Shown: positions 25,131 to 39,668, counted from the stretch's first letter. The stretch: 64,000 nucleotides of DNA from Octopus sinensis (GCF_006345805.1 NC_043001.1:79546001-79610000), one strand, 5' to 3'. Numbers and translations: made by a program. Notes: a model not told the origin generated them from the sequence alone.

Positions 25131-25490
25131 AGGTCAAGATGGTGCACCACCTTGGCAGACACGCGTCTAATACTCAGACCTTCAGTGATAATGGACTGAA
25201 GTGAACAGTAACTAACCTGTATATCCTCTGATAACTCACGGATAGTGATTCGACGATTTTCCCCACACAGCTGTACGCACAACCGCGATGTTTTTCTCAG
25301 TTCTGCTGTTTGCGGGTCTCCCAGGACGTTCGTCAATATCAACATTTTTGCGGCCATGCTGGAAACGTCTGAATTACTCGTACATTTGTGTGCGGCTCAT
25401 ACACGCCTCTCCATACAATTTCTACAACTTTGCGTAAGCCTCTGAGCAGGTATCCTCATGAAGATTTCGTTATGATCAATGCGACGATCA
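25131..25490 (-). mobile_element. Mariner transposase N-terminal fragment
   Basis: EAYAKL*KLYGEACMSRTQMYE*FRRFQHGRKNVDIDERPGRP..., then ENRRITIRELSEDIQVSYCSLQSIITEGLSIRRVSAKVV. Confidence 0.88.
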
Positions 25491-25686
25491 CATGCTACAC
25501 ACCTGAATTTCAAGCACTGCTGTAAACAGCAGAAGTGAGCTACAACATTAAAACTTGGTGCGCATTCACAGCAGTGTATAAGGTCAATGTGTGCTAAACG
25601 AGTTCACTCTGTGTGCTTTAGCTTCGTTATTATGATAAATTCCGCCTATATATTATTATGACAAATTCCGGAAATATATGACTTTA

Positions 25687-25718
<32 letters not shown>

Positions 25719-25974
25719 TATATATTTGGCGTTCCATGTAAAAGTGTTCTTTTATCAAACCGAATCATGTTTATCTCCACACAACTACCCTCCCTCCCTC
25801 ACACACTCACACACACACTCACATACGCACTCTCTGTCGCTCTGGCCGAAATACAATTAATATAATATAAAATAAAGCTGAAGCAAGTGAACACCAAATA
25901 TATAGTGCGTGTGTTTTTATTGGCTAAACTGGCAACATTACCATCCCCAAATACAGCAATATAGACATATATGT

Positions 25975-26466
25975 ATATATACATACAACATATATATATA
26001 TTATATATATATTTAATATATATATATGTAGTGTGTGTGTGTGTGTGTGTGGTATTTTCAAATACATATATATATGTATATACACTCACGGATTAGTGTC
26101 TATTCATACTCACACAGACACACATTGAGAGAAAACTCCAGAAGTAGAAATCTGGTGAGGCCAGTGAGTATTCATCGATTCATTAGTTCTGTAAAAGAAA
26201 AAAAAAATCATCAATCCAGCAAGCAAGTGGACAAACGCTATATTAATTGTGAAATAATCAATTTTGATGACACCAACAAGAGAGTCCTTGTGTTAATGGG
26301 AACAATGAAAGTACGAATGCCTTCCTCGACAGATGCAACAATACTCATGCGTCAAAACACACACACATACACACACACACACAGAATACATAGATACAAG
26401 AGCATGTATAAAGCAGTTCACATTGTTTATTAAAAGTAACTATGGGCACTACAGCGATTGCGGCAT

Positions 26467-26513
<47 letters not shown>

Positions 26514-26610
26514 GTGTGTGTGTGTGGTGTGTGTGTGTGTGTATTTATATTTTGTGTATGTATATATGTATACATGTGTGTGTATGTATAGATATAGATA
26601 TAGGTGTGTG

Positions 26611-26669
<59 letters not shown>

Positions 26670-27739
26670 GTATAGACACACGCACACACTCACATACTTA
26701 CAAATCTTTATATTTACATACGTTCAAATTGTTGATACGCACGTATATATCAGCATACGCATGCACGCACACGCACGTATAACACATACAAGTATGTATA
26801 AATTCATTTAACCTAGATTATACATGATTCATGCATATTTTTATACATCGGTCTACTCATACATAAAAAAATAATCTGATGTACTCACACACATAGACAC
26901 CAGCAAAACAACTAAACACACACATACATACAAACTCAATCAGAGACACATATATATTATGTATGTGTTCTATATCTGTATAATGTATGTATGTATGTAT
27001 GTATGTATGTATGTAGTATGTATGTATGTATGTATGTATGTATGTATGCATGTATGTATACACAGTTACACACTTATATACACATAAACGTCAATACATA
27101 TGCACGCATATATATATTTGTGCTCGAACATTCTCTCTCTAAATCCTTGGTGATTGTTGAGTGTAGATGTGACGCTTTATGTTCAACCATCCGAGCGTGA
27201 GTGGCTTTTTGTCTCGATTCATAAAAGAGACATTAGCGATCACCAATGAAACTGAATACGTCATTGTTATGTACCTACTGCGGGAAGTCCCTTGGTTAAT
27301 GAGACAAAGCCAAAGTATTCCTCATAAATAAATACATAAAACATACATACATACCTACATAATACATACATACATACATACATACATACATACATACATA
27401 GACATGCATGACAATCATACAACATATACATTTGTACTTTTATATATATACACAGACATATATATATTTACATACGTATTTATATATATATATAATATGT
27501 AAACCCATATATATATTCATACACACACACTAGTATACATAAAATTTACAGATACAAACAGGTAGAGCGTATTATATGCACGCATAAATTATACATATAT
27601 TAATATATGTATGTAAATATGTATATATGAACTATATACATACATATATATAGGCATATAATATTATATATATATATATATACATGTATGTATATATTCA
27701 TATCTGTGTATATATACATACATACATATATATAATATA

Positions 27740-27775
<36 letters not shown>

Positions 27776-28208
27776 GTGTGGTGTGTATTTTCAAATACAT
27801 ATATATATGTATATACACTCACGGATTAGTGTCTATTCATACTCACACAGACACACATTGAGAGAAAACTCCAGAAGTAGAAATCTGGTGAGGCCAGTGA
27901 GTATTCATCGATTCATTACGTTCTGTAAAAGAAAAAAAACTCATCATATCCAGCAAGCAAGTGGACAAACGCTATATTAATTGTGAAATAATCAATTTTG
28001 ATGACACCAACAAGAGAGTCCTTGTGTTAATGGGAACAATGAAAGTACGAATGCCTTCCTCGACAGATGCAACAATACTCATGCGTCAAAACACACACAC
28101 ATACACACACACACACACAGAATTACATAGATACAAGAAGCATGTATAAAGCAGTTCACATTTGTTTATTAAAAGTAACTATGGGCACTACAGCGATTGC
28201 GCATCTGT

Positions 28209-28261
<53 letters not shown>

Positions 28262-28358
28262 TGTGTGTGTGTGTTGTATTTATATTTGTGTGTATGTATA
28301 TATGTATACATGTGTGTGTATGTATAGATATAGATATATGTGTGTGTGTATATATATA

Positions 28359-28408
<50 letters not shown>

Positions 28409-28722
28409 GTATAGACACACGCACACACTCACATACTTACAAATATCTTTATATTTACATACGTTCAAATTGTTGATACGCACGTATATATCAGCATACG
28501 CATGCACGCACACGCACGTATATACACATACAAGTATGTATAAATTCATTTAAACCTAGATTATACATGATTCATGCATATTTTTATACATCGGTCTACT
28601 CATACATAAAAAAATAATCTGATGTACTCACACACATAGACACCAGCAACCACAACTAAACACACACATACATACAAACTCAATCAGAGACACATATATA
28701 TACATGTATGTGTCTATATCTG

Positions 28723-28756
<34 letters not shown>

Positions 28757-29377
28757 TGTATGTATGTATGTATGTATGTATGTATGTATGCATGTATGTA
28801 TACACAGTTACACACTTATATACACATAAACGTAATACATATGCACGCATATATATATTTGTGCTCGAACATTCTCTCTCTAAATCCTTGGTGATTGTTG
28901 AGTGTAGATGTGACGCTTTATGTTCAACCATCCGAGCGTGAGTGGCTTTTTGTCTCGATTCATAAAAGAGACATTAGCCGATCACCAATGAAACTGAATA
29001 CGCTCATTGTTATGTACCTACTGCGGGAAGTCCCTTGGTTAATGAGACAACAGCCAAAGTATTCCTCATAAATAAATACATAAATACATACATACATACA
29101 TACATACATACATACATAGACATGCATGACAATCATACAACATATACATTTGTACTTTTATATATATACACAGACATATATATATTTACATACGTATGTT
29201 TATATATATATATAATATGTAAACCCATATATATATATTCATACGCACACACTAGTATACATAAAATTTACAGATACAAACATGTAGAGCGTATATATGC
29301 ACGCATACATTTATACATATATTAATATATGTATGTAAATATGTATATATGAACATATATACATACATATATATAGG

Positions 29378-29412
<35 letters not shown>

Positions 29413-29443
29413 ATATATTCATATCTGTGTATATATACATACA
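25975..29443. repeat. Direct tandem duplication, two ~1.73 kb units
   Basis: gtattttcaaatac at 26052 and 27785 (offset 1733); tatctgtgtatatatacatac at 27701 and 29422 (offset 1721). All unique segments recur in order. Confidence 0.95.
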
Positions 29444-29465
29444 TGTATCTATACATATATGTAAG

Positions 29466-29496
<31 letters not shown>

Positions 29497-29876
29497 ACTT
29501 ACACTTATATAGATATATACATAATACATACATACATACATACATACATACATACATACATACTCATATATTCGTACAGAATTACAATGGTATATCAATA
29601 TATGTTTTGCAATGTCCCACAAGATCACTGACATGTATAACAAGAACAAGAAAAACGACAACAACAACTGCAAGGAGAACAATAGCATTACTTCTCGAAT
29701 TAAGTATTCTCGTGTTGGGACCATTTATTTCAATCAATATATTCATTGATTTTTGTCTGTCTTTACCACATCCTTCCTTCTGCACCACGTCATAATCCCG
29801 ATTTTCATTTTTACCTCTTTCACACTCCCTCTTCTGAAGTGTGTACGTGTGTGTGTATGTGTGTATGTAGGTGTGT

Positions 29877-29920
<44 letters not shown>

Positions 29921-30239
29921 GTGCGTGCGTAGCAAACCTTTGTCTCTTTATAACGAACACGAACATGATTGAGGATTACCTGTTGTAAAACAGATTGCTT
30001 CCTTACATCGCCAACCCTACCGCTACAATTCATACCTGCTTATTATAATCGACAAAAGCAAAACAGCTTCTCACATGAGCAACAGACAGGCAAACCATTG
30101 TTAGTTACTACGTCAAATAGAACAAAAAAAAACAACAAAATAAGCAGAAATAAAAACAATCATTTGAACAACATAATACATACAAATGCACATATAGTCA
30201 TATATACACCTACATGATATACTTATATATATACATCAC

Positions 30240-30312
<73 letters not shown>

Positions 30313-31099
30313 ATATTATATATATTATATTATATATATGTATATATACATACATATTATAAAGAAAAGAGAGGTCTAGTAGCACAATGATTGCTGACGA
30401 ATATATGAATGACTCAAAGTATTCGCTTTAAAATAATCATGATCGTTTGATGGGGTTCTTTTTTTGTACACGTGCGTGCGCGTATGTGAATGTGTGCACG
30501 CGCACGTGTTTTTATAGTCAGTTCTGCAAAGTTTAATCCATCGTATCAGACTTATGCCTGTTCAATGTCCAGTCCTGATCGATCATACCATCTTTTTTTT
30601 TTTTTTCCTGCAAATAGCACTTATAGTTGCACGTGTAAAACAGTTCCCTTCATAAGCCACAGGTTGCTAGTTTGTTTTCCCCATTGCGGTAGCTTTGCAA
30701 AGTGTCCAGTTGTTCAACACTGCAATTGCTGTTGAAGCCATCTAGCTGCATTTTTTGAAGCAGCGTGATAGTTATGCCACATTTAGATAAGGTAAGTTAA
30801 CTGAATATTGGAAGGTATATGATGTATCATGCTTGACGAAGACAATTTGCAAACTGTTATGGGAGAATCCGGAACACATGCGCATGATTGGAAGTTGCTT
30901 AACCGATTACAATATATAAGAATTGATCCATCACTGCTTCAACGTCAAAGTGATAGAAGACGGTGTTAGTTTGACCGTCTTGTTTTACTCGTGTTAGACG
31001 TTTGTTGGTGTAACCGTCTGCAGCTGAACAGTGAATACTGAGTATCGTACCTACGTTTGAATAGTGTGGAGTGCGTTCGGTATTAACATATACTCTGCA

Positions 31100-31481
31100 A
31101 CGGAAGCACTCCGTCTGTTACGACGACGAGGGTTCCGGTCGATCCGATCAACGGAACAGCCTGATCGTGAAATTAACGTGTACGTGGCTGAGCACTCCAC
31201 AGACACGTGTATCCTTAACGCAGTTCTCGGGGATATTCAGCGTGACACAGAGAGTGACAAGGCCGGCCCTTTGAAATACAGGTACAACAGAAGCAGGAAG
31301 TAAGAGTGAGAGAAAGTTGTGGTGAAAGAGTACAGCAGGGATCACCACAATCCCTGCCGGAGCCTCGTGGAGCTTTAGGTGTTTTCGCTCAATAAACACT
31401 CACAACGCCCGGTCTGGGAATCGAAACCGCGATCCTACGACCGCGAGTCCGCTACCCTAACCACTGGGCCATTGCGCCTCC
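31100..31481 (-). mobile_element. tRNA-derived SINE, family C (tail 2), well preserved
   Basis: Reverse complement ggaggcgcaatggcccagtggttaggg (A box)...ggtttcgattccc (B box), then the core and a tail whose 3' part recurs at 54975-55095. Confidence 0.9.
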
Positions 31482-31627
31482 ACACTCTGCAATAGGCTGT
31501 TTTTAGATAACTACAACTACGTATTTGTGTAATACTAATTTACACCAAACGTGTATACCCATGTCATAACACAAACTGGATTACATGTTGGACTAATTCA
31601 ACTACGTAAGTCACTTAACATGAAATA

Positions 31628-32524
31628 CGAGGTGGTATCAAAATTTTCCCGTACTAGTTTTGTAGCGCATTAACAGCCATCAGCTCACAGTGCGAGGGCA
31701 GTGAGAGCTAGCAGTGACCTTCATGAGGTAGTGCGCCGAGTGAAATCGCTGTATTTATTTAGCAAATTGTGAAATTTGTATTTTCGGTATCACGTGTACT
31801 GTAGTCTGGGTTTTTATCATAGGCAAGAACAAAGCGACAACGTGACATTTTGCATTAAACTTGGGAAGTCTGCTACAAAAACATTGAACATTCTTTGGCA
31901 AGCTAACGGCGACGAGGCAACGGGTCGTACGCAATAATTCTTGAAGCGCAGACGCTTCAAAAAACCCTTTTGAAGACGATGAGCAATGTGAAAGAACTAC
32001 CACGAGTGATACCCCCAAAAATGTGGTATTGCGCATCGAGAATTCGTCCCCGTGGGCCAGATTGTCAATCGAAAGTTCTATTGTGATGTTTTAAAGCGCG
32101 TAAGGAAAGACACTGGGTGGAATTGACCGGATCTGTGGTGGGAGGAAAATTGGATTCTTCACGTCTACAATGCACCCTGTAACCGAGATCTCCTAAATCG
32201 GGAGTTTTTCGCCAATGTGATATTGCCTCCATACCCGCCCTATTCACCAGATTTAGCACCTGCAAACTTTCGTCTCTTCCCCAAGATGAAAATGTTGCTC
32301 AAAGGTTTGTGTTTTAACACCGTTGTCGAAATCCAGAACGAATCGCAGAATGTTCCCGACTCGCTTACGGAAAATGACTTCCAGGCCGGTTTCTAAAAGT
32401 GGCAGGAGCTGGGACCGGCATATTGCTGCGCAATATAACTATTTCGAAGGAGATGAGGTTAAAACTTAGGAAAATTATTTTCTATTAAACATTACTAGTC
32501 CGGAAACCTTTAGATGCGACTTTG
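31628..32524 (+). mobile_element. Internally deleted mariner element with diverged TIRs and TA TSD
   Basis: TA+cgaggtggtatcaaaattttcccgtactagt vs actagtccggaaacctttagatgcgactttg+TA (about 22/31 matches). Internal peptides FCIKLGKSATKTLNIL, WILHVYNAP and PPYSPDLAPANF. Confidence 0.88.
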
Positions 32525-33344
32525 TAATTTCGAATGTTCAGCTGTGTTAATTTGTACCTACTTATTTTCATTGGTAGACATTCTTCATTGTTATATAACA
32601 AAATCTTGAATGGTTATGTGTAACACTCAAGTAGTTCTCGACACGGATCTCCTCGAATCATATTCTCAAATACCAAAAAAACGATAATTTCCCATTCTCA
32701 TGTCAAGACATTGTTATTGTTGATAATAATTTCAAATTATTTGTTGTATTTTAGGAATACATTCAGCTTCCCTTTTTCCGTTTGCAGCGTAGATTTAAAG
32801 ATAAATGTCATTTCGTCTCATTCAAATGCGAAAGAAACTAAGCCAGTCATATTCAACTCAAGATTTAAGAAGTCAAATTGTATTTATGTGATTACAAATT
32901 CAGCATTTCCGTGTGACAGTACCATTTTGAGGAAATCTGAGCTAAAGTTTTCTAATCTAACCCATTTTAATCGACCACTTAGGAGCGGAATTCAGAAGAC
33001 GGAAGCTATACGTAAACATATGTTTGCATAAAAGTTTTCCCGAAGATTTATTATTTTTTCGTTGATGAGACTTATATAAAATAGAAACTATGTATTGTGG
33101 TTTATCTCAAAATATCTCACTATTCATTCAAGCAGTTTGGGTTAAAATGATAGAAGACTGTTTTGCTAATGATATTCCAAGCAACACTGGAATAGTGCTC
33201 AAGTTTGTGATATAACTAGGTGCCACAAAAAGATATGGAGGGAACCTCGAAATTGTGTACTACATTTATTGCATTCAATAAGAACTTAAATCATTTTCTG
33301 ATTTTTGACATATGTATATCTATATATAGTAATGCTTATATGCC

Positions 33345-33780
33345 AACATATCGTGGCAGTCCTGTAAAGGAAAGCATCTTTTCCAGCTGGCTAATGACAC
33401 ACCGTGTGTGCCCGTATATAGCATTTACAAGTAGGTCACCGATCCCATCTTTAGCCGTACGTGATACTCACAGACCTAGGTTTCTGGATGTTATCCGCCC
33501 TCAGCGTGAGACAATCACCAGCTAGTGACGAAAGCTATCTCCACTCGCAAATACTGTATATTCTTTAAGCGACGCGCAGTCGCTGATATCGTATCAAGAA
33601 AACATGTTTTAAATCACTGAGCGATAAAAATACAGTAACATTACCGGATAGTAATGTTTATATCCCAACATAAAGTGACAGTCCTGTAAAGGACGATATT
33701 ACTCTTGTTCTAGCCCTTTGAAAACATCTTTTTTAGCTGGCTAACAACACACAGGCTGTGTCTGTATATATAAGTGCCTT
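33345..33780 (+). repeat. Two local copies of a short unclassified repeat
   Basis: gtggcagtcctgtaaagga...tttccagctggctaatgacacac (~33353) and gtgacagtcctgtaaagga...ttttagctggctaacaacacac (~33675). Confidence 0.7.
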
Positions 33781-34183
33781 CAAATAACCGAAAATGCAAA
33801 GCAAACACCCAAATACCCAAGTATATTTTATTAAAAACAGTAATTAAAAGTTCTGTTTAAAAGTATTATTTTGGAACTTTGCTTAAACAGTAACGCAATC
33901 TCATGACTTCGCTGGCAAAGGGTTTATGACATTCATTACCAAGAAAACCAGAAAAAAAGAAGAAAAAGCGTGGGCTTCACGCAACCGTTTTTGCACGTCA
34001 TTCACAAAGGTTTTCGCGAAAGAAAATAAAGATAATCGTTTTGTTGAGGTGTTCATTTCCTATTTTAAAACATATTCAAAAGTCGATATTTATTAAAGAA
34101 AATAAAGCTAAGTTTACCATCTGATGATCGGAAACGAGTAACTCTGAATTGTGAAAGGCGGAGCATATCGTTTATAACGAATG

Positions 34184-34224
<41 letters not shown>

Positions 34225-34244
34225 AATAATATAGTAATAGTAAA

Positions 34245-34800
34245 TGCCCTGATGCAGTACCGGCAGTGCTCTCATGGCTTCTGATCTTAACTGATTGGAA
34301 GTGTTATCATGTACTTGTTTTGTCTTGGTATAAAAGATGGGCTACACAAATATTCTGCTGAATACCACAGATTTGCTTGTCAGTAGTTTGACCTTAACCA
34401 GTTGAGCATGTCCCCTTAGTGGCTGACGATAATGTGCATCTTTGATCACGAGCAGAAGTAGTGGGAGCATCATAGCCATGTGTTGAGAGGGATTCTTTGG
34501 GGTTTGAATAATTCACCTCTGGAAACATGGGTGGTTCTTTCAACATCCTTAAACAACCCTTATTCAGGGACCTTTTGACCGGGATGGGCTACTCAACCTG
34601 AATAAAATTCTAACTGGGCCCCACCTGCAAGGTCATGTGCTGTTTATCTTGATATGAGATCACCATGTCGCGCACATATGTTGTGATGCATGTGCCTGCC
34701 TGGTGTACCTTTATCAGACGGGTAGTCATGATGGGTATATTGGGCTTCGTATATTTTACCCCAGTGTCACTTTGATGGCATGAACTGCTCTCTCACTCAA
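34245..34800 (-). mobile_element. ~555 bp retroposon-like interspersed repeat nested in (AAT)n
   Basis: Complex sequence bounded by (AAT)n at 34180-34240 and 34800-34980; the minus strand ends in an (ATT)n-like tail. I recall this as an abundant Octopus repeat (unverified). Confidence 0.6.
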
Positions 34801-34817
34801 TAATAATAGTAATAGTA

Positions 34818-34870
<53 letters not shown>

Positions 34871-34871
34871 T

Positions 34872-34905
<34 letters not shown>

Positions 34906-34921
34906 CAACAACAACAACAAC

Positions 34922-34967
<46 letters not shown>

Positions 34968-35099
34968 GTAATAATAATTGACCCTTTTCGTCTATGCAAG
35001 CGGTCAATTTAGCTTAGATGTCACTTAATCGAACATATCAAAGGTTGCTTTTCTTGCAGCTTCTGTGGGACATGTTTCTGCTATTTCTCCTCCTACACG

Positions 35100-35690
35100 T
35101 CCGCCGTTGTCCGTCTCTCATTTCCCCTCACCTACGACCCCTCCACCCAGCTCCTCCAACGCACCATTCTCCGAGATTTCCGGCGACTCCAGTCCGACCC
35201 CTCCACCTCGCACTTCTACCTCTTCCTTCAAACGATCCTATAACATGCGTGACATCTTGATCCAAGTTTTCTTCCCTAAACCTACCTCCCAGCGTGGATC
35301 ATTCCTCTGCTCCCACTCACGCTTCCGCACCTGCCCCTATCTCTCCAATATCACCTTCCTCACAGGTACGCATCATCGTCTCTCCCATATTACCGACTCC
35401 TTTACCTGCACTTCTTGTAACGTCATTTACTGCATCTCCTATTCTGTCTGTCCTTCCCTGTACATGTGTCAAACGGGATGCCGCTTGTCAGATCGGTTCG
35501 TGAAGATCCCTCGAGACATCAGACTCGGCAATGACCATCCGGTCGCGCACAATTTTAGCTCTACCGCTAATTCGGTACACATATGTCTGTGTTCGGACTG
35601 TCTTTGTACAGGGGCCATCCAGACTCCCAGCTTCGCCGTGAACAGGAATTAAACTTCTCTCTTTGCTCCTTTGCGACACATGGTCACAAC
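35100..35690 (+). mobile_element. Penelope-like relic (thumb end, Cys linker, GIY-YIG)
   Basis: LTYDPSTQLLQRTILRDFRRLQSDP; FKRSYNMRDIL; CSHSRFRTCP; FTCTSCNVIYCISYSVCPSLYMCQTGCRLSDRF (ORF 35065-35652). Confidence 0.88.
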
Positions 35691-36249
35691 TCACCTCCTC
35701 TCTTCATCTGACACCAACCTCACCCCCTCTCTTCATTTTGATACCAGTCTCACGCCAACCTACACACACTAGCACTGACCAATTCCCAGCACACGTACCA
35801 CACACCAGCCACCAACACCACACCTCTCCACAGACACTAGCACTGATAACTTCCCAGCACCCACACCACACATCATCAGCCACACACCCATCTTATGTTC
35901 AATAGCGTAACCGAACATACCATTACCTGAACAGACGCACGCACTGTTTCACTCAGTACACAACACACGTTACACACGCACACGTCAGAGTAACTCGCCT
36001 CTATTCACACACAGGCACTTACACACTCAGATACACAATTCTCACATACACACACACCCGCACCTTCTCTGGCTAGGATCACTAGCATTTTATTATCTCT
36101 CTTTCATTGAACCTCGTTTTTTTTCATTATTATCTCCCTTTTTTTCAACCCCTGTTTTACCAATCATTCGCCACTTTGGGCCACTGAAACCTACATTTTT
36201 CCTTCTAACTGTTTCTCTCTCTCCTCTCTCTCTCTCTCTGTTTATTTTC

Positions 36250-36390
36250 TTTTATTCCTTTCTGTTGAAGAGCGTAGGCTCAAAGCATTAAAAGACTTTT
36301 TCGTTTTCCTGAGCGTTAAACTAATAGGCTCGCTTGTTGTTCATACACCCTTTTCGTCTTTTGTTTTCTATAAATTTCAACTATATATAT
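36250..36390 (+). mobile_element. PLE terminal cassette with hammerhead-like motif (GAAAC degraded)
   Basis: ctttCTGTTGA(36262-68)aGAGCgtagGCTCaaagc, then the shared tail ending aaatttcaactatatat. Confidence 0.7.
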
Positions 36391-36830
36391 ATGCATACTT
36401 ATACACACGAGCACCCATACACACACACATATATATATATATGTGTGTGTGTGTGTGTATATTATGTGTCATATATACATATACACTTATATATATATAT
36501 ATATATTATAATATATATATATATATATATATATTATATTTTCTAAATAAGGATAATATCGATATTTATATATCGATATCAAGTGGCCAGCATGGAAGAA
36601 ATACAATACAAGGTAGAAGTTTTCACAACTATAAATAAGGGTATCTGAGAGACACCACCACGTTGAAATAGCAGTCAAACCCTGACCCTAAAAACCACCT
36701 AAAATGTTCATATCGCACCATGAGATAAGACAGAGAGACAAAATAAACTAGCAAAAATATTACTGGATAATTCAAGATATGTATATACACACACATATAT
36801 ATATAATATATATATATATACAACGCACAC

Positions 36831-36909
<79 letters not shown>

Positions 36910-38033
36910 CATGTGATTAGGAGGGAAAGTCCTTACTACACAGCTAACTCAGCGCTTAGGCCAGACATTTACTACACAGCTATGCCTATAAGTATACATA
37001 TCATAACACCCTTCAAGGTTGAAAGTATATTTAATTGAAACTCAGCACGCAACCCAAGCTTCTTTCTATCTATATTCAGGAATTGGAGTCTCAAAGGAGA
37101 CTGAAAGTTCACTCGGTCTCGTTCTTTATTTCACTATCTACTTTCGTCCCTATGCAAGCAATATAAATCGCTAAGCCTTTACACAATTTAACAGGGCAGC
37201 TTTTGATGAAGTGCTTCTCCAATGTAATATTGGATAACATTTCACATTAATCATTTACATTTACGTGCAGTGGCTTTAAAATCAAAGTTATACGGAAGCA
37301 ATAGTTACTGCAAAGAAATATATGCTAAATTCATTTCAATCTCCGTTCTTTTATTTCGATTACAAAGAGGAAGATACATGCATACATACATATATACATA
37401 CATCCATACATAATCTATATCTATATCTATCTATCTATCTATATATATATTATATATAATATGATATATATATATATTATATATATATATATATAGGGAG
37501 AGAGAGAGAGAGCGAAGCAGGTAGACAGACAGACGGATAGATAGTGAAAGCAGGTCATACGTTAAAAATTTTGTTATATTGTCATAAACTCCACAATATT
37601 TACAAGTGTTTCACTAAAGTGTCATAGAGCGATTTGAGGCAATCGGCATAATCACCTTAGAATTCCAGCTATTCAAATAAATAAAATAATAGTTTAATCC
37701 AGTTTTTATTATCAAACTCTGTTGCTGGACAAAGGAAGTTGAAAATTGCGAATTATTTGTGTGTGTGTGAGAGAGAGCGTGTCTATAAATATATATATGT
37801 GCCCGTATGTATAGTTTTTCATTGTTTATCTTTTATTTTTTAATTCTTCACTCATTGGAAACGGTCATGCTGGGGCATTGGCGGGAATAATTTTAGTCAA
37901 ACGAATGGACTTCAGTACTTAGTTACTACAAGTGTAATACTTATTCTTGCGTTCTGTTTCGCCAAAACTATTACTACATACATACCATACATATATTTAT
38001 ATACATACATATATACACACACCACACACACAC

Positions 38034-38077
<44 letters not shown>

Positions 38078-38285
38078 ATATATATATATATAATATATAT
38101 ATATATATACTATATATACTTATATATATACGTGACTGATGTTTTGCCGTTTCCGTCTACAAAGTCTTTTCACAAAGTTTTGGTGGAGCCAGAACCGGAA
38201 TCATTTGATTGTGAAGCAAAGTTCTTGTCCGGATTACCCAGTCAGAGATAGCTAACTAGCTAGCTAGCTAGGTAGATAGATAAAT

Positions 38286-38387
<102 letters not shown>

Positions 38388-38877
38388 ACTTTGTGTTGAT
38401 ATGAACAGAACGACATGTACTCAATCACATATCTGATTAAAAAATGACATTTTTACGCAAGAAAAGTTATACACAAAGACAAACACTTAAAATTGCCACA
38501 ACGTTATCTATATTCGCTTAAAAAAAGAAGCTATATATGAATCTATACACAATAGCATATGTGAATAGACAGATAAATTTTTAATGCAATACTTGCACAT
38601 AATAATGTATACATGCAAACGAATATGCAGGCATCAATACGTGCTTACACGTGTATCATGATGGTCAGTTAATATAATATAGACATTCAAATGTGGGCAG
38701 ATACACACGCGTATTATAAAGTAGATGTTTAATAAGGTATGGATGTGTGCTTAAGAAGCTCACTTTGCAGTCACGAGGTTTCAGGTTCAGTCCTACATTG
38801 CTGCACCTTGAGCTAGTGTCTTCAACCATAAGCTCTGGCCGGCCGATGCTTTCCGAGAATTTCATGAACGGAAATAT

Positions 38878-39174
38878 ATGGCCCAGTGGTTAAGGCACCA
38901 GACTCGCGGTCGTAGGATCGCAGTTTCGATTCCCAGACCGGGCGCTGTGAGTGTTTATTGAGCGAAAATACTTAAAGCTCCACGAGGCTCCGGTAGGGGT
39001 GGTGGCGATTCCTGTTGTAATCTTCCGCCGCAACTTTCTCTCACTCTTTCTTCTGTTGGCCTGCTCGTTTAGCCAGTGGGGTGGCGTCATTTGAAGGCTA
39101 AAACAATGCGAAGCGCATTGTGACCAGCGATGTGTAGCAACATCTGAGAGCTTGGTCAGTCACGGTGATCATGG

Positions 39175-39175
<1 letters not shown>
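38878..39175 (+). mobile_element. SINE family C head/core with a third tail type
   Basis: tggcccagtggttaagg...cagtttcgattcccagaccgggcg...gagcgaaaatacttaaagctccacgaggctccgg, then a tail unlike those at 5137 and 31100. Confidence 0.85.
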
Positions 39176-39221
<46 letters not shown>

Positions 39222-39285
39222 TGTGTGTGTGTCTGTGTGTGTCTGTGTCTGTATGTCTGTGTGTGTGCGTGTGCATGTGTGTCTT

Positions 39286-39668
39286 CGAGCTGGCAGAACC
39301 GTTAAGATGTAGAGCGAAATCCTTAGCCGTATTTCGTATGCCGCTACGTTCTGAGTTTAAATTTTACCTTTCATCCTTTCGGGGTCGAGTAAATAAGTAC
39401 CAGTTACGCACTATAATCGCCTTAATCCGTTTGTCTGTCCTTGTTTGTCCTATCTGTATTTAGCCTCTTGTGGCTAGTAATGAAATAGGTATTTCGTATG
39501 TCGTTACGTTCTGAGTTCCAATTCCAACAAGGTAGACTTTGCCTTTCATCCTTTTGGGGTTGATTAAATAAATACCAGTTATGCACTGGGTCGATGTAAT
39601 CGATTTAACCCCTTTGCCTGTCCTTGTTTGTTGCTTCTATGTTTAACTCCCTGTGGGCAATAAAGAAA
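39286..39668 (+). mobile_element. SINE family B head-to-tail dimer
   Basis: Full unit 39286-39488 followed directly by a 5'-truncated unit starting at tatttcg. Confidence 0.88.

Noticed and set aside
30390-30430. CTGACGA followed by a GAATA/TATTC stem
   Set aside because: Lacks GAAA and stems I/III; not supportable as a hammerhead.
31410-31481. tRNA-like sequence with A and B boxes (also at 5140, 38880, 41120 and 49765)
   Set aside because: No complete cloverleaf, and it continues into SINE core and tail; these are SINE heads, not tRNA genes.
36927-36980. 14 bp direct repeat ttactacacagcta, ~40 bp apart
   Set aside because: Could be a TSD or slippage product, but the enclosed ~22 bp has no identifiable element.
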